Assembly: GCA_038087875.1 (NCBI GenBank)
Contig: CM075993.1
Location: forward strand, 9,302,001-9,366,000
Origin: Malacoraja senta
Taxonomy: Eukaryota
Length of the DNA stretch: 64,000 bases
Reading direction: 5' to 3'
The notes beneath the pieces were generated by a model. It worked only from the letters and a program-made list of their open reading frames with translations, searched no databases and was not told the DNA's origin. The position numbers were made by a program, and so were the translations under genes. Shown piece after piece: positions 1 through 12,060 of this stretch (positions are counted from its first letter, which is position 1; each line of letters begins with the position of its first letter).

Positions 1-829
1 AGTTGAAGACACAAAGTGCTGGTGTAACACAGCCTGCAGGGTCAGCCTGGGTCTCTGGAAAACAGGGATACGGGATGTTTTGGGTTGGGACCCTTCTTCA
101 GAATGAGCGCCAAGGGAAAAAAAGCTACAAGAGGATTGGCAGTACAAGCTGACTCTTCATCTGTATCAACCTATTACCTGCGCTTTGTCCTGCCCTCCTC
201 TCTTCCAGCTTTCTTTGTGTCTTTTGCAAACCGTCATCTGCAGTTCCATGTTTCTGTATTCAGTTTGGTAGCTAGATCTCCCTTCCAGAGCAGCCTACCA
301 TGTGGAACCTGAAGTCCATATCAACTTTCTTGATTGCTTCTTCAAAACTCTAAGCAATGTACAAGACACGATCTCCCACATACAAAAACATGCTGTCAGT
401 CCCTAATTAACTCCTGTCTATCCAAATTCATGTACATCTTATCCCTCAGATTCATGTCCAGTAATTTCCTACCACAGATGTTAGGATTACTGGTCTACAA
501 TTTCCTGGCTTTTCTTTTCAGCCCTTCTTAAATAGAGAGCATATCTTGGCACCAAGACATCTCCACGTTAGTTATGGAGAAACTGCAGGAAATTAGCATT
601 GAGGTAGAAGATGATCAGTGATCTTAATAAATGGAGGAGCAATCACAATAGGACAAATGGCCTACAGCCAGTCCTATTTCATACTGCTTTTTCATCGACC
701 TTTCCTTCATTATCAGATCCGAAAGTGGAAATGTTCAGTTAATTGCACAAACTACAATCATTTGCAATAATTTAAATCATGAAACAGAATATGCTTGTAT
801 GCGGACCGAGTTGGAAGTTATATTTCTCA

Positions 830-1822
830 CTAAACCAAGTGCGGACCCTTTGGGTCCCGTCCCCCAACGAAATATTCCACCACTGCCCCCAACGATAGTT
901 CCCGTTGTGACGCCAGAGATCCCCGTTGTGAAGCGAGTCATGGCAACTCTTCCCCAACTGCGCCTCGCCATCCCTCTTCCTACCCCTATCCTCCTCCATT
1001 CCCCCTCATTCTCCAACACCTCCTCCCCCTCCTCTCCATACTCCCTCTTCTTTCCCCTCTCTCCTCCCCCACTCCCCCCTCTCCTTTCCCCTACCCTCAG
1101 TCACTCCCTCCCCCCTCCCCCCTCCCTACCCCCCTCCCTACCCCCCTCTATCTCCCTGCTCCCCACTCCTCACCTCCCCCTATCCCACTCCCCCTCCTCA
1201 CCTCCCCATTGCCCTCCTCGCCCTCTATCCCCCACTCCCTACCTCCCCCACTCCCCCTCCCCTCCTCCCCCACTCTCCCTCCCCTCCTCCCCCACTCTCC
1301 CTCCTCACCTCCCCACCTCTCCCTCTATCCCCCTGCTCCCCCACTCACCTATCCCCACCCCCCACAATGAAAATTGCAATTTAAAAAAAAAATGACACCT
1401 CCCCCTATCCCACCCCCCACAATGAAAATTACGATTTTTCTTTAAAATATAACCTAACCAACAATGCTCGCTGTTAATGAAAACGGAAGAATTTGATTAA
1501 AACTGATTTTTATTTTAAATCACGATTTTTAAAAATGTAAATGAGATTCAGGATCCCATTGTGACGTTGAATGCTGCTGACGGGCAGGGAAAGTGGAAAA
1601 GTGGTTTGAAATTTGATTTTTGTAAAGTTTCAATGTCAATAACGTAAAAATATAGCATCAATCCGAACAAAATGTGTTTCTTTTACATACCAGGATAATG
1701 GTGAGTGAGGTGGGCAAAATATTGTAGCACTATCGTGTACTGTTTTGGCGGGGTTTTGGAATATCGCGCACATGCACGCATACATACAAACAAACAGGAT
1801 TAGAGTTTTAGTAATATATAGA
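830..1822 (-). mobile_element. Non-autonomous Helitron-like element
   Basis: Minus-strand 5' TCTATATATTACTAAAACTCT; 3' hairpin ggacccaaagggtcc followed by gcacttggtTTAG; no TSD. Confidence 0.65.
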
Positions 1823-2467
1823 TAGATATAAGATTGCAGACTGTAGACTTTATACAACAAGAGTGACTAACCACCACTAGTGCTCAAATACATTTAATAT
1901 TACCATTACCAAGCCCCACAATATTGCCAAATGATAGCTATGAAACTAATTGTCTACCTCACCAAGGCATATTTTCACCATCTACAAGGCAAAAACAAGA
2001 ATGTGATTAAATATTCTTCATTGCTTGGATAAGTGCAGCTCCAACATCACCTAAAGAGCCATGCAGTGGTCACTTAATTGGCACTCTAACTATTACCTTA
2101 ATGTTCATTTTACCATCAACAGTGACCATGTTGCAGTGTACACTTCTAGAACGTGCAGTGCTACAGCTCACCACACCATCTTCAACAGCAGCTCTCAAAC
2201 ACATGACCATTACCACCTGGAAAGACCAGTAGAAACTGTGCAAAATCACCACCACCTGTAAATTTTTCACCCTTCATGCATTCATATTGAGTTTCTTTCA
2301 CCGTATCCAACAATTCTATTAGAATACTATTACGAACAGAATGAAGCAGTTCAAATTGGTGGCTCATTATCAGTTCATGGGAAGACAAATGGCACTCTTG
2401 GATTTATTGAGTTGAATAGCTTGTTTCAATGCTGCAAATACTATTTAACATCTAATTTAATATCATA

Positions 2468-3030
2468 TCATATAACTATTAAAACTCTGATCTTGGATAT
2501 GTGTGTGTGTATAATCACATCTTCTCAAAGAAACAACACGCTAACGGTAAAATGTTTACATATTCCGGTAGAGATTTTTTCCGTGCAGTCCAAAATTGCC
2601 TTATCTGAAAAATTCATGCTTTATTTCTCAAATTATTAATGAAAATGTTTAAAAATACTTTGAATTTAAAATGGTTTTAACTTTAAAATCATTCCTCAGA
2701 GCTTCCAATACACTTCGATACAAAGTTGCAAGACAGCAACACTGAATTTTTCAGCTTAATGGCATCTAACAGCAAGTGCACCCGACATTTGCAACAATGT
2801 TGCCATCATAGCTCCTGGCAGGACAGGAAGGAGAGGGTCAATTGGTATTGCAATTGGGGATTGATTTTTTTTTTACTCCAGCGCTGGGGGAGGCTCACGA
2901 GCTATGATCTTTGCTGAGGAGTGCTCGAATCTTACCTTCGGCAATGGGTTGAGTTGGAGAACCACGCCTCCCATGGGGGTTACGGGTAGGGGACAGGTGA
3001 ATTGGGTCAATGGGTCTGCACTTGGTCTAG
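2468..3030 (+). mobile_element. Non-autonomous Helitron-like element
   Basis: 5' TCATATAACTATTAAAACTCTGATC; 3' gggtctgcacttggtCTAG|t. Confidence 0.65.
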
Positions 3031-5439
3031 TATATCATTAAATTTGTCTTCTTGCCTCAGAGTCACTTTGTTTGTGTAATCGTTTTACACACTATTCAAT
3101 GGTTAGAATTACAGCAATCAATGTGAATGGTTTGACCCCTTCACTCTGGTGTCTTCATTTCAAGCATTTTGAATACATTATTGTTTTGGAGCAATAACTT
3201 GTAAATATTCCCACTGTATGACTTTACAACTCAATTCAACAGGGAAAACATGTTATGTAAAAGCAATTTTTTAAATGGAAAATTTACGATTTGGACATGG
3301 TTCCAATCAATTTTTATCCTCATCTAAATTTGTACATAATCATGTACAAATAAAGTAAATTTGACATTTATTTCATCAGAACTTTATATTTAGTCTTAAA
3401 TTTGTTAAATGAACTTTTATTATAAATAGTTTGAATATACATTTTAAGTAAGCCAGCATTTGTTCCGCATGAATTGAATATGTTAAGGGACTGAAGTAAC
3501 AATTAATTTTGTTACTTCATCAGGAAGCTACACTATCCATATTTTAATGTAATCAAGCATTTTCAATTCATTATAGTTTTCGAATTGTACATTTAATTTC
3601 AATTTTCAAGGCACATTGTAAATTACTATGGCTGAAGCAAAGCAAGAATTTCATTGTCCTATCAGAGACACATGACAATAAACTCACTTGACTTGACTTG
3701 ACAATACACTTGAATTTATTGTGAGAGAAAAACTGGTTCTGTATGCATAATGAAATCAAATAGCTATTTTCTCCAATATAAACTGTTAAATTGGCTGTTA
3801 TTTGTATTGTACATAGAAGTGCAATCCAAAAGTACAAAATGGTAACCATGCTTCATCTTCATGACACAAAACTATAAGTAGCTGCAAATAATTAACTTAA
3901 CATAACTTTCCCTTATGGAGTTCAAAACCCAGTTCCAATTTACAAAACCTCTCATGCTTCTCTTCAGATGTTATTCTCATCAAATTATTTATCCCTAGTT
4001 AAACTTTGTAATATTTGCAATAAGTACAAGAGTTCTTTTTAATAGCTAATTGCTATTTCCAGCAAGTATATTAAGGATTATTCCATTATTTTGCATGTCT
4101 TACAAAACACTACAAAGGAACTGTTCTACCTTTTCAGTAAAGCAAATTTGATTACTAAGCAGCTTGTGTTCATTTTAAAACAGACTTAATGCTCCACCTT
4201 ACAGACATGCTGGCTCCAGCTGAATGCAAGATCACTATTTCCAAAACCTCTTGACAAAAGTGCCACGTTGAACCAAACTTGAATCATGCACAAAAGAGAG
4301 AAAACAGAAATTTCTGATATTAGGGATAGCGGAACAGTTTTACATTTAGTCTGAATAAAGCCTTACAGAACTGGAATTCAAATGTAAACATTTCCTCTGA
4401 CCATGTACATATGCAAATCAACAAATACAGCTTCAAATGGAACAGAGTATGGGCTCAAGCACTGACCAATATGTCCAGAAATATTATAGATATGTAAAAA
4501 CAGTCAATCAAATTCGTCAAAGATACTTCATTGATGACTTATGAAGTCATTATGACCGCTCAATACTTATGGTTTGTCCAATATGAAATGAGATATTGTG
4601 TCGTTTGCTGGGCTAGCACTAAAGTTTAATGATGTATTTCATATAGTTTTTGGATGATTTTGGCAAGTTGAGCACTAAATATCCAATTTAGGTAATTTCC
4701 AAATATCCAATTAATGGTCATTTATACAGTGCTGGCGAGCGATTTTCTTAAACTGCAGCTGCACTTGTGATAAAGGTACCTCTACAGCACTGGTAGCTAA
4801 AGAGTGTCAGGATTTTGACTAAAACAATGCTGAAATGGTGATACATATCCAAGTGGACTCCACAAGACATTGCTGGCCTACTGGTTGATAAAGATGGCGA
4901 GTCCTAATTTCACTCTGTTCTATAGTCACCTAGATATTGACCTTTCTGTACATTCAATTCACTCTGTCCACTCTAAACCTGTCTCCTTTGCAAAAAAGAA
5001 AATAACCCTATCCCCATAACTATAATTTTTCAAACCTGGAAGCATTCTCAATTCCTTTCACTTTCTCTCGTGCTATTATATCCTTCCTTGCCGTGTGATA
5101 ACCAGAACTTAACACATTTCCCTAATTAAAGTTACACTAATTTCTAATATCATATAGCCTTTCTCACTAGTTTTATTTGACCAATGAAAACCACTTGCTA
5201 CTTAATCATTGGATTTGTATTTCCTACTCCAAGAACTCTGTGGACATGTATTCCAAGATACTTCATAATGCCTTTCCATTTATCAAATATTGCATTTCCC
5301 AAATGCACTAGTTGACAATTCCATATTGAATTTCATTTGCCACTTGTGCTCAACAAAACAATCAACTGATGTCGTCCTGCAGTCTATAAATTTCTTCACC
5401 ATCAACAATGCATCCAGTTTATGAAATCTATCTATTAGT

Positions 5440-7660
5440 ATACTAAGTGGGACCCGTTGGGTCCCAGTCACGCAGGAAGCTTGGTCCCCCAAAGCAACCC
5501 ATTCCCCAACGCAATATTCCACCGCACACCCATAGCCCCTAACTGCGCATGCGCGGCTCATTTCCCCTCATCCCAGAGCACTCCCTCCCCTCCTCTTCAT
5601 GTGTGGGAGGGATGGGGTTGAGGGAAGTGGAGTGTGTGGCGGGGGGTGTGGGGTGGGAGGGGAGGTGTAGGAGGGGGGAGATGGTGGTCTGTGTGGGGAA
5701 GGAAGTTGTTGGGGGGGGAGTTGTGGGGAGAGGGGTGTGTGGGCGGTTGGGGAGGAAACATAGAAAATAGGAGCAGGAGGTGGCCATTCGGCCCTTCGAG
5801 CCAACACCGCCATTCATTGTGATCATGGCTAATCGTCCCCTATCAATAACCTGTGCCTGCCTTCTCCCCATTTCCCTTGACTCCACTAGTCCCTAGAGCT
5901 CTATCTAACTCTCTCTTAAATCCATCCAGTGACTTAGCCTCCACTGCCCTCTGTGGCAGGGAATTCCAATAATTCACAACTCTCTGGGTGAAAAAGGTTT
6001 TTCTCACCTCAGTCTTAAATGACCTCCCCTTTATTCTAAGACTGTGGCCCCTGGTTCTGGACTCGCCCAACATTGGGAACTTTTTCCTGCAGCTAGCTTG
6101 TCCAGTCCTTTTATAATTTTATATGTTTCTATAAGACTCCCCCTCATCCTTCTAAACTCCAGTGAATACAAGCCTAGTCTTTTCAATCTTTCCTCATATG
6201 ACAGTCCCGCCATCCCAGGGATCAATCTCGTGAACCTACGAGGCACTGCCTCAATCAGAAGGATGTCCTTCCTCAAATTAGGAGACCAAAACTGTACACA
6301 ATACTCCAGATGTGGTCTCACCAGAGCCCTACACAACTGCAGAAGAACCTCTTTACTCCTATACTGAAATCCTTTTGTTATGAAGGCCAACATTCCATTA
6401 GCTTTCTTCACTGCCTGCTGTACCTGTAAGCCAACTTTCAGTGACAAGGACGCCCAGGTCTCGCTGCACCTCCCCCTTACCTAACCTAACCCCATTGAGA
6501 TAATAATCTTCCCCCTAGTTTTTGCCGCCAAAGTGGATAACCTCACATCTATATTATACTGCATCTGCCACGCATCTGCCCACTCACTCAACCTGTCCAG
6601 GTCACCCTGCAACCTCCTTACATCCTCTTCATAGTTCACACTGCCACCCAGCTTTGTGTTATCCGCAAACTTGCTAGTGTTGTTCCTAATTCCATCTTCC
6701 AAATCATTAATATATATGGTGAACAGTTGTGGTCCCAACACCGAGCCTTGCGGCACTCCACTCGCCACTACCTGTCATTCTGAAAAGGACCTGTTCACTC
6801 CTACTCTTTGCTTCCGGTCTGCCAACCAAATTTCTATCCATGTCAACACCCTACCCCCAATACCATGTGCTCTAATTTTAGTCACCAGTCTCCCGTGCGG
6901 GACCTTATCAAAGGCTTTCTGAAAGTCTAGATACACTACATCCACTGGCACCCCTTCATCCAGAAGATTAGTCAAGCAGGAGGGGGGAGCGAGCTCAGAG
7001 AAAAGACGGTGGAAGAGCCATGGGCAAGAGGGGGGTATCACGGGGGGAGGGGAGAGGAGCCAGCGAGGGGGACCAGAGGGATAGTGGCTGGAATTGGCAG
7101 AGCGATGGGGACTCACAGCGGGACCTGGTCGCTGGTCATTCTCCTCCGAGGGATCAGAGTCTCCGCTTTCTGTTTGGCGACATCTCCGGGCTGGGCTGGG
7201 CCACCGACGCTGGGCTGGGCAGGGTGTCCGACTCCGGGCTGGGCTGGGTCTCCCGCGCTGGGCTAGGCTGTGCAGGGTCTCCAACGCTGGACTGCTCGGG
7301 CTGGACTGCTTTGGGTCCCTCCGAAAATTGTGTCCAGTTGGAAACCTCCACCGGCCATCCTCAGCTCTAGTAAAGACGCGATGGCGCAGGAAGGGGCGGA
7401 CCGTCCCGGTGGGTGACAGGGGAAGAGACTAAACCGCGCGGCGCTGAACGGCAGAAGGGATCGCTCTGCGCACGCACGTTTTAAAAGTTTTTTAAAATCT
7501 CGCTAACTTTTACGACATTCAACCGATCGCAACGAAACTTGATGCAATCGCAGCATAGGAGAACGGTGAGTGAACTGCTGAAAAATCATAGCACTTTTGC
7601 GAACCGTTTTTGCGCAAATAGAAAGATCACACAAACCATAAGATAACAAGATCAGAGTAT
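5440..7660 (-). mobile_element. Non-autonomous Helitron-like element containing the CR1 insertion
   Basis: 3' hairpin gggacccaacgggtccc near 5448-5466; actctgatcttg 5' motif near 7647-7658 on the minus strand. Confidence 0.55.
5755..6980 (-). mobile_element. CR1-clade (HER1-like) LINE 3' portion
   Basis: YLDFQKAFDKVPH, SGVPQGSVLGP, KFAD.TKLGG and LVRPHLEYCVQFWSP motifs; ctatgtttc tail. Confidence 0.9.
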
Positions 7661-7719
7661 CCGTCCGTTCTCCATCCGTCCTCCATCCGTCATCCATCTG
7701 TCATCTATCTATCAATCTA

Positions 7720-9223
7720 TCTATCCTATTACTAAAACTCTCATCTTGTCTTCTTCCGGTTTGCGTTGTTTTTAAATTTGCACAAAAACAGTACCCTGTA
7801 TCGCTAGGATTTTATCGCCATCTTACTCACCGTTCCCCTCTGCTGCACGCGCACCATGTTTTGTTCCGATCGGTGAAATATTACAAAAGTTATAGGTCTG
7901 CTATTTGCCAGGACGGCGACGCCCCTTTGGCACCCGCTGTCAATCACAGGCCCCGAGAATAAAGCTGAAGCAGTGGAGTGAGGGCTGTGTTCCACAGGCG
8001 GGGGCTGACTGTGTTCGCGGGCGGGGCTGGCTGTGTTAGCGGGCGGAGCTGGCTGTGTTAGTGGGCGGAGCTGGCTGTGTTAGCGGGCGGGGGCTATGAG
8101 CGCAACAGGTGCTGGGGATGGGAGCCGCTGAGTGAGTCCGGAGCCGGTGAGCCCACACACCCCCCTCCCACACTCTACACCCCCCTCACACCCTACACCC
8201 CCCCCTCCCCTGCATGCCCCCTCCCCCACCCTCTCCCCCCCACACCCCACCCTCCCCCTCTCCCCCACAACCCCTTCACCAAACTCCCCCCTACCACCCA
8301 TACGCTTCACTCCCTCCCACATACACCCCCTCCCCTACCCCAACACCCCCCCTACCCCACAACCCCCCCATACCTCACACCCCCTCCCCACACCACCCCC
8401 CTCCCCCACACACACCCCTCCCCCACACAACACCTTTACAAGAATCATTTTTCCACGCCCTGCCCGTTAGCTGCGTACGATGTCACAATGGGACCCCGAA
8501 TTTAATTTACATTAAAAATTCAAAAAATATCCGTTTTAATCAATTTCTTCTGTTTTCATTCACAATGACATCACAATGGGATCGCGAATCTCATTTACAT
8601 AAAAAAATCCTGATTTTCAAAACCCGTTTTGATCAAATTCTTGGGGGGGGGGTTTCATTTCTTAAAAAACATTGCGATTTTCATTGTGGGGGCGTGGGAT
8701 AGGGGGTAGTTGAGGAGTGGAGGAGCAGGGGGGTAGAGGGAGAGGAGGGGGGTAGGGAGGGGAAAGTGGGGGAGGTGAGGAGGGAGAATGGGGAGGAGAG
8801 GGGATAGATGGAGAGAAGAGTGGGGGATAGAGAGAGGGCAGTGGGGGAGGTGAGGAGGGAGAGTGGGGGGATGGGATAGGGGAGGTGAGGAGTGGAGGTG
8901 GGGTGTAGAGGGATAGGAGGGGGTAGGGATGGGAGAGGAGTGACGAAGGGTAGGGGAAAGGAGAGGGAGGGAAGGAGTGGGGAGGGGAAGAGGGGGAAAG
9001 AAGAGGGAGGGTGAAGAGGAGGAAGGAGTGCTGGGCATGAGGGGGAATGGAGGATAGGGGTAGGAAGAGGGATGGCCAGGCACAGTTGGGGAGGGTTGCC
9101 GTGACTCGCAACACAACGGGGATCTCTGGCGTCACAATGGGAACCCCTCAGCCGCGCCTGTGCAGTATTGCCTGCGCAATATTGCCTTGGGGGCGGGGCC
9201 CAACGGGTCCGCACCTGGTCTCG
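7720..9223 (+). mobile_element. Non-autonomous Helitron-like element with C-rich and G-rich low-complexity interior
   Basis: 5' tctatcctattactaaaactctcatc; 3' gggcccaacgggtccgcacctggtCTCG; similar to the reverse complement of 830-1580. Confidence 0.65.
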
Positions 9224-10607
9224 TGATCTATAAATCTTGGCCCTATATTCAATTCTATGTAACTGACAAATGCCATAGTAGGCAGTGGATCCAATTGTGA
9301 TCTCTGCAAGACCAATGGCAAAGCACACCACTCAAGCCTTCCCTTCATTTTGACCTTAATTTACATGTTCATCAGCATCCTTTGGAGGTATAGATCCAGA
9401 TTTTCAAGTCGTCCTTTTTTACTTATCAATGCATTAGATCCAAATGCGAATTATCACATCTCATCCTTAAAAGACTTGGGTGGAGTCAGAAGGCGAGTCA
9501 AACATTGATGGGATGGGAGGCAATTTGGCCCATAATGTTCATAAAAGCCAATAATGGAGTAACTTAACTTTCTCCCAATTCCTGGCTCTTGGTCGGTTTC
9601 AGTTAACAAATCACATTCTTGCTGAAGTGTGGTGACTTGAACTATACACAGTATTCCGACTATAGATAAACTGTGTTTTATATGTATCTAATTTGCAATT
9701 AACCTTAGCCAATGAAGGCAAGAGCCCTGCATTCTGAACCTCATCTGCCTGTTCTGTTACTTTCAATGATCTACTGACATGCACTCCAGAATCCTTATGC
9801 CCTTCTTAGCATCCTACCATTTATTGCACTAACGAGTAATCATTGCCGGAGGTGAATCACCCAGAATTCAAACAGTTATGGTAGAAGTCTCTGATTAGGC
9901 TTTTAAAAAAAAAATCAATTTTAGCTGGTTCAATTATAGTTATGGACAATGGTAATTAGAAAGTATATTGTTGGATATATGGTGTGGCACTGCCACTGAA
10001 TGTCATAATGAGGTACATACACTCTTACATTTGTAGGGCTCTAAAGTTACTTCCACATATCAGCCTTAGCTTAACTGTTATCCAAGTCTAACTACAAGTC
10101 TTACTTAAGCCCTCCGTTTCTTCCTCCACCAGAAAGGCCTTAAAGCCCTCCGTTTCTTCTTCGACCGCAGAACTAGCAAATCTCCGTCTACGAACACTCT
10201 CCTCCACTAGAGCTTGTCCACACTCTCAACTACTTCTCCTTCAACTCCTCCCACTTCCACCAAATCAATGGCGTAGCCATGGGCACTTGTATGGGTCCCA
10301 GCTATGCCTGCCTCTTTGTAGGGTACGTCGAACAATCCCTGTTCCAGGCGTACACTGGCCCAATCCCCAAAATCTATCTCCGTTACATTGACAACAACAC
10401 TGATGCTACCTCCTGCACCCATCCAGAACTCGTGGACTGCTTTAACTTCACAGCCAATTTCCATCCTGCACTCAAATTCACTTGGACCATCTCCGACACC
10501 TCCCTTCCCTTTTCTTGATCTCACCATGTCCATCACAGGAGATAGACTATCACCTGATGTGTAGGAAAGAACTGCAAATGTTGGTTTAAATCATAGGTAG
10601 ACACATA

Positions 10608-10930
10608 AGACTGAGAAACAAGAATACAACTGTTAAAGACATCAGACAAACCTTAGGCTTACCAAAATCAACTGTTTGGAACATCATCAAGAAGAAAGGG
10701 TGCACTGGTGAGTTTACTAATCGCTAAGGGACTAGTAGGCCAAGGAAGACCTCCACAGCTGATGACAGAATTCTCTCTACAATAAAGAAAAAATCCCCAA
10801 ACACCTGTCCGACAGATCAGAAACACTCTTCAGGAGTCAGGTGTGGATTTGTCAATGACCACTGTCCGCAGAAGACTTCATGAACAGAAATACAGAGGCT
10901 ACACTGCAAGATGCAAACCCCTGGTTAGCC
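10608..10930 (+). mobile_element. Internal fragment of the same Tc1 family (DNA-binding region), no TIRs
   Basis: Colinear with ~18120-18555, and lacks the 100-bp insertion present there. Confidence 0.8.
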
Positions 10931-11037
10931 CTTGCTTTCCCTCTCTCTCCATCCCCTCCCCCTTCCCAGTTCTCCCACCAGTCTTACTGTCTCCAACTAC
11001 ATTGTATCTCTGTCCCGCCCACTACCCTGACATCAGT

Positions 11038-11065
11038 CTGAAGAAGGGTCTCGACCCGAAACGTC
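11038..11065 (+). ncRNA. Minimal hammerhead ribozyme motif in Penelope pLTR (representative of 12 or more copies)
   Basis: CTGAAGA-aGGG-tctcga-CCC-GAAACGTC gives the CUGANGA core, stem II, GAAA and a palindromic ACGU before the putative cleavage site. This is the layout known for Penelope-like elements. Confidence 0.7.
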
Positions 11066-11399
11066 ACCCATTTGTTCTCTCCAGAGATACTGCCTGCCCT
11101 GCTGAGTTACTCCAGCATTTTGTGTCTACCATCAACTATCATCTGATGTCTATTATAGACCACTGACTCCCACAATTATCTCGCCTACATTTCTTCCCAC
11201 CCTACCTTCTGCAAAGACTCTATCCCCTACTCCCAATTACTCCATCTATGCTGCATGTGCTCCCAAGATGAGGTCATACCAGGACATCCGAGATGTCCTC
11301 ATTCTTTAGGGAACGGGGGTTCCCCTCTTCTATCATAGTTGAGGCCCTCACACTTGTCTATCTTCAGTGTAAACCAGCATCTGTAGTTCCTTCCTACAC

Positions 11400-12060
11400 T
11401 TACTAATTGATAAAATGGCTGAGGAATTCTACCAGTGATGTTCTAGGGTGAGGACAATTTGTCACCAATAACCACAAAAATCTTGCTTTGTGGATGGTAT
11501 AATATCAGACTATGGCCAGTTACACTCGATTCCCATTGACTTCAATTATGATAGGACACCTTGATACCACACTCAGGCAAATACTGCCTCAAAGTCAAGT
11601 GCAGTCTCTCAACTTGCTTCTGATTCAGTTCTTTTTAATCTATATTTAACCAAGGATGCAATTCAATCTGGAGGCAAGTAGTCCAGACGAAAAACAAACT
11701 GAACAGTTTATCATTAGGTGTTTCTTGAAAGCATCTTCCTCAATATCTTCCATAACATTGCTGACGATTAAGAGCAGACTGATGAAACGATTCTTGAACA
11801 GATTAGATGTCTTGCTTCTAGTGAACAATCCTTTGTGAGCAATGTTTCTCATTGTTGAGATGGGGCCAACACTGCAGCTTTATACACAAGCATTTTATCT
11901 GAGGCACAGCTGGGCCTAGAATGCAGATATTCAGCATCACAACCAGGTTGCTGAAGCCCATAATGTTTACACTCTGCTTCACCAGCATTCTATGGAGGAA
12001 CAGATAAAGCCTGCATTGTCCAATAACAAGTAATGCCAGACATAAAAAAATCAAAACAGC
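11400..12060 (-). mobile_element. Old, highly degenerate non-LTR RT fragment
   Basis: ISLLLIVSNVME...KHL and downstream ALD..A.F..VW-like remnants on the minus strand. Confidence 0.45.

Larger units (their letters stand above)
10108..11400 (+). mobile_element. Penelope-like element RT fragment with nested insertion
   Basis: GVAMGTCMGPSYACLFVGYVEQSLF...LRYID...HPALKFTW motifs of Penelope-type RT, plus pLTR pieces. Confidence 0.8.

Noticed and set aside
799..1395. Long Pro/Ser/Leu-rich ORFs (also 8077-8702, 8655-9331 and 50722-51122)
   Set aside because: They arise from C-rich or G-rich low-complexity interiors of Helitron-like repeats, with overlapping frames open and no domain signal.
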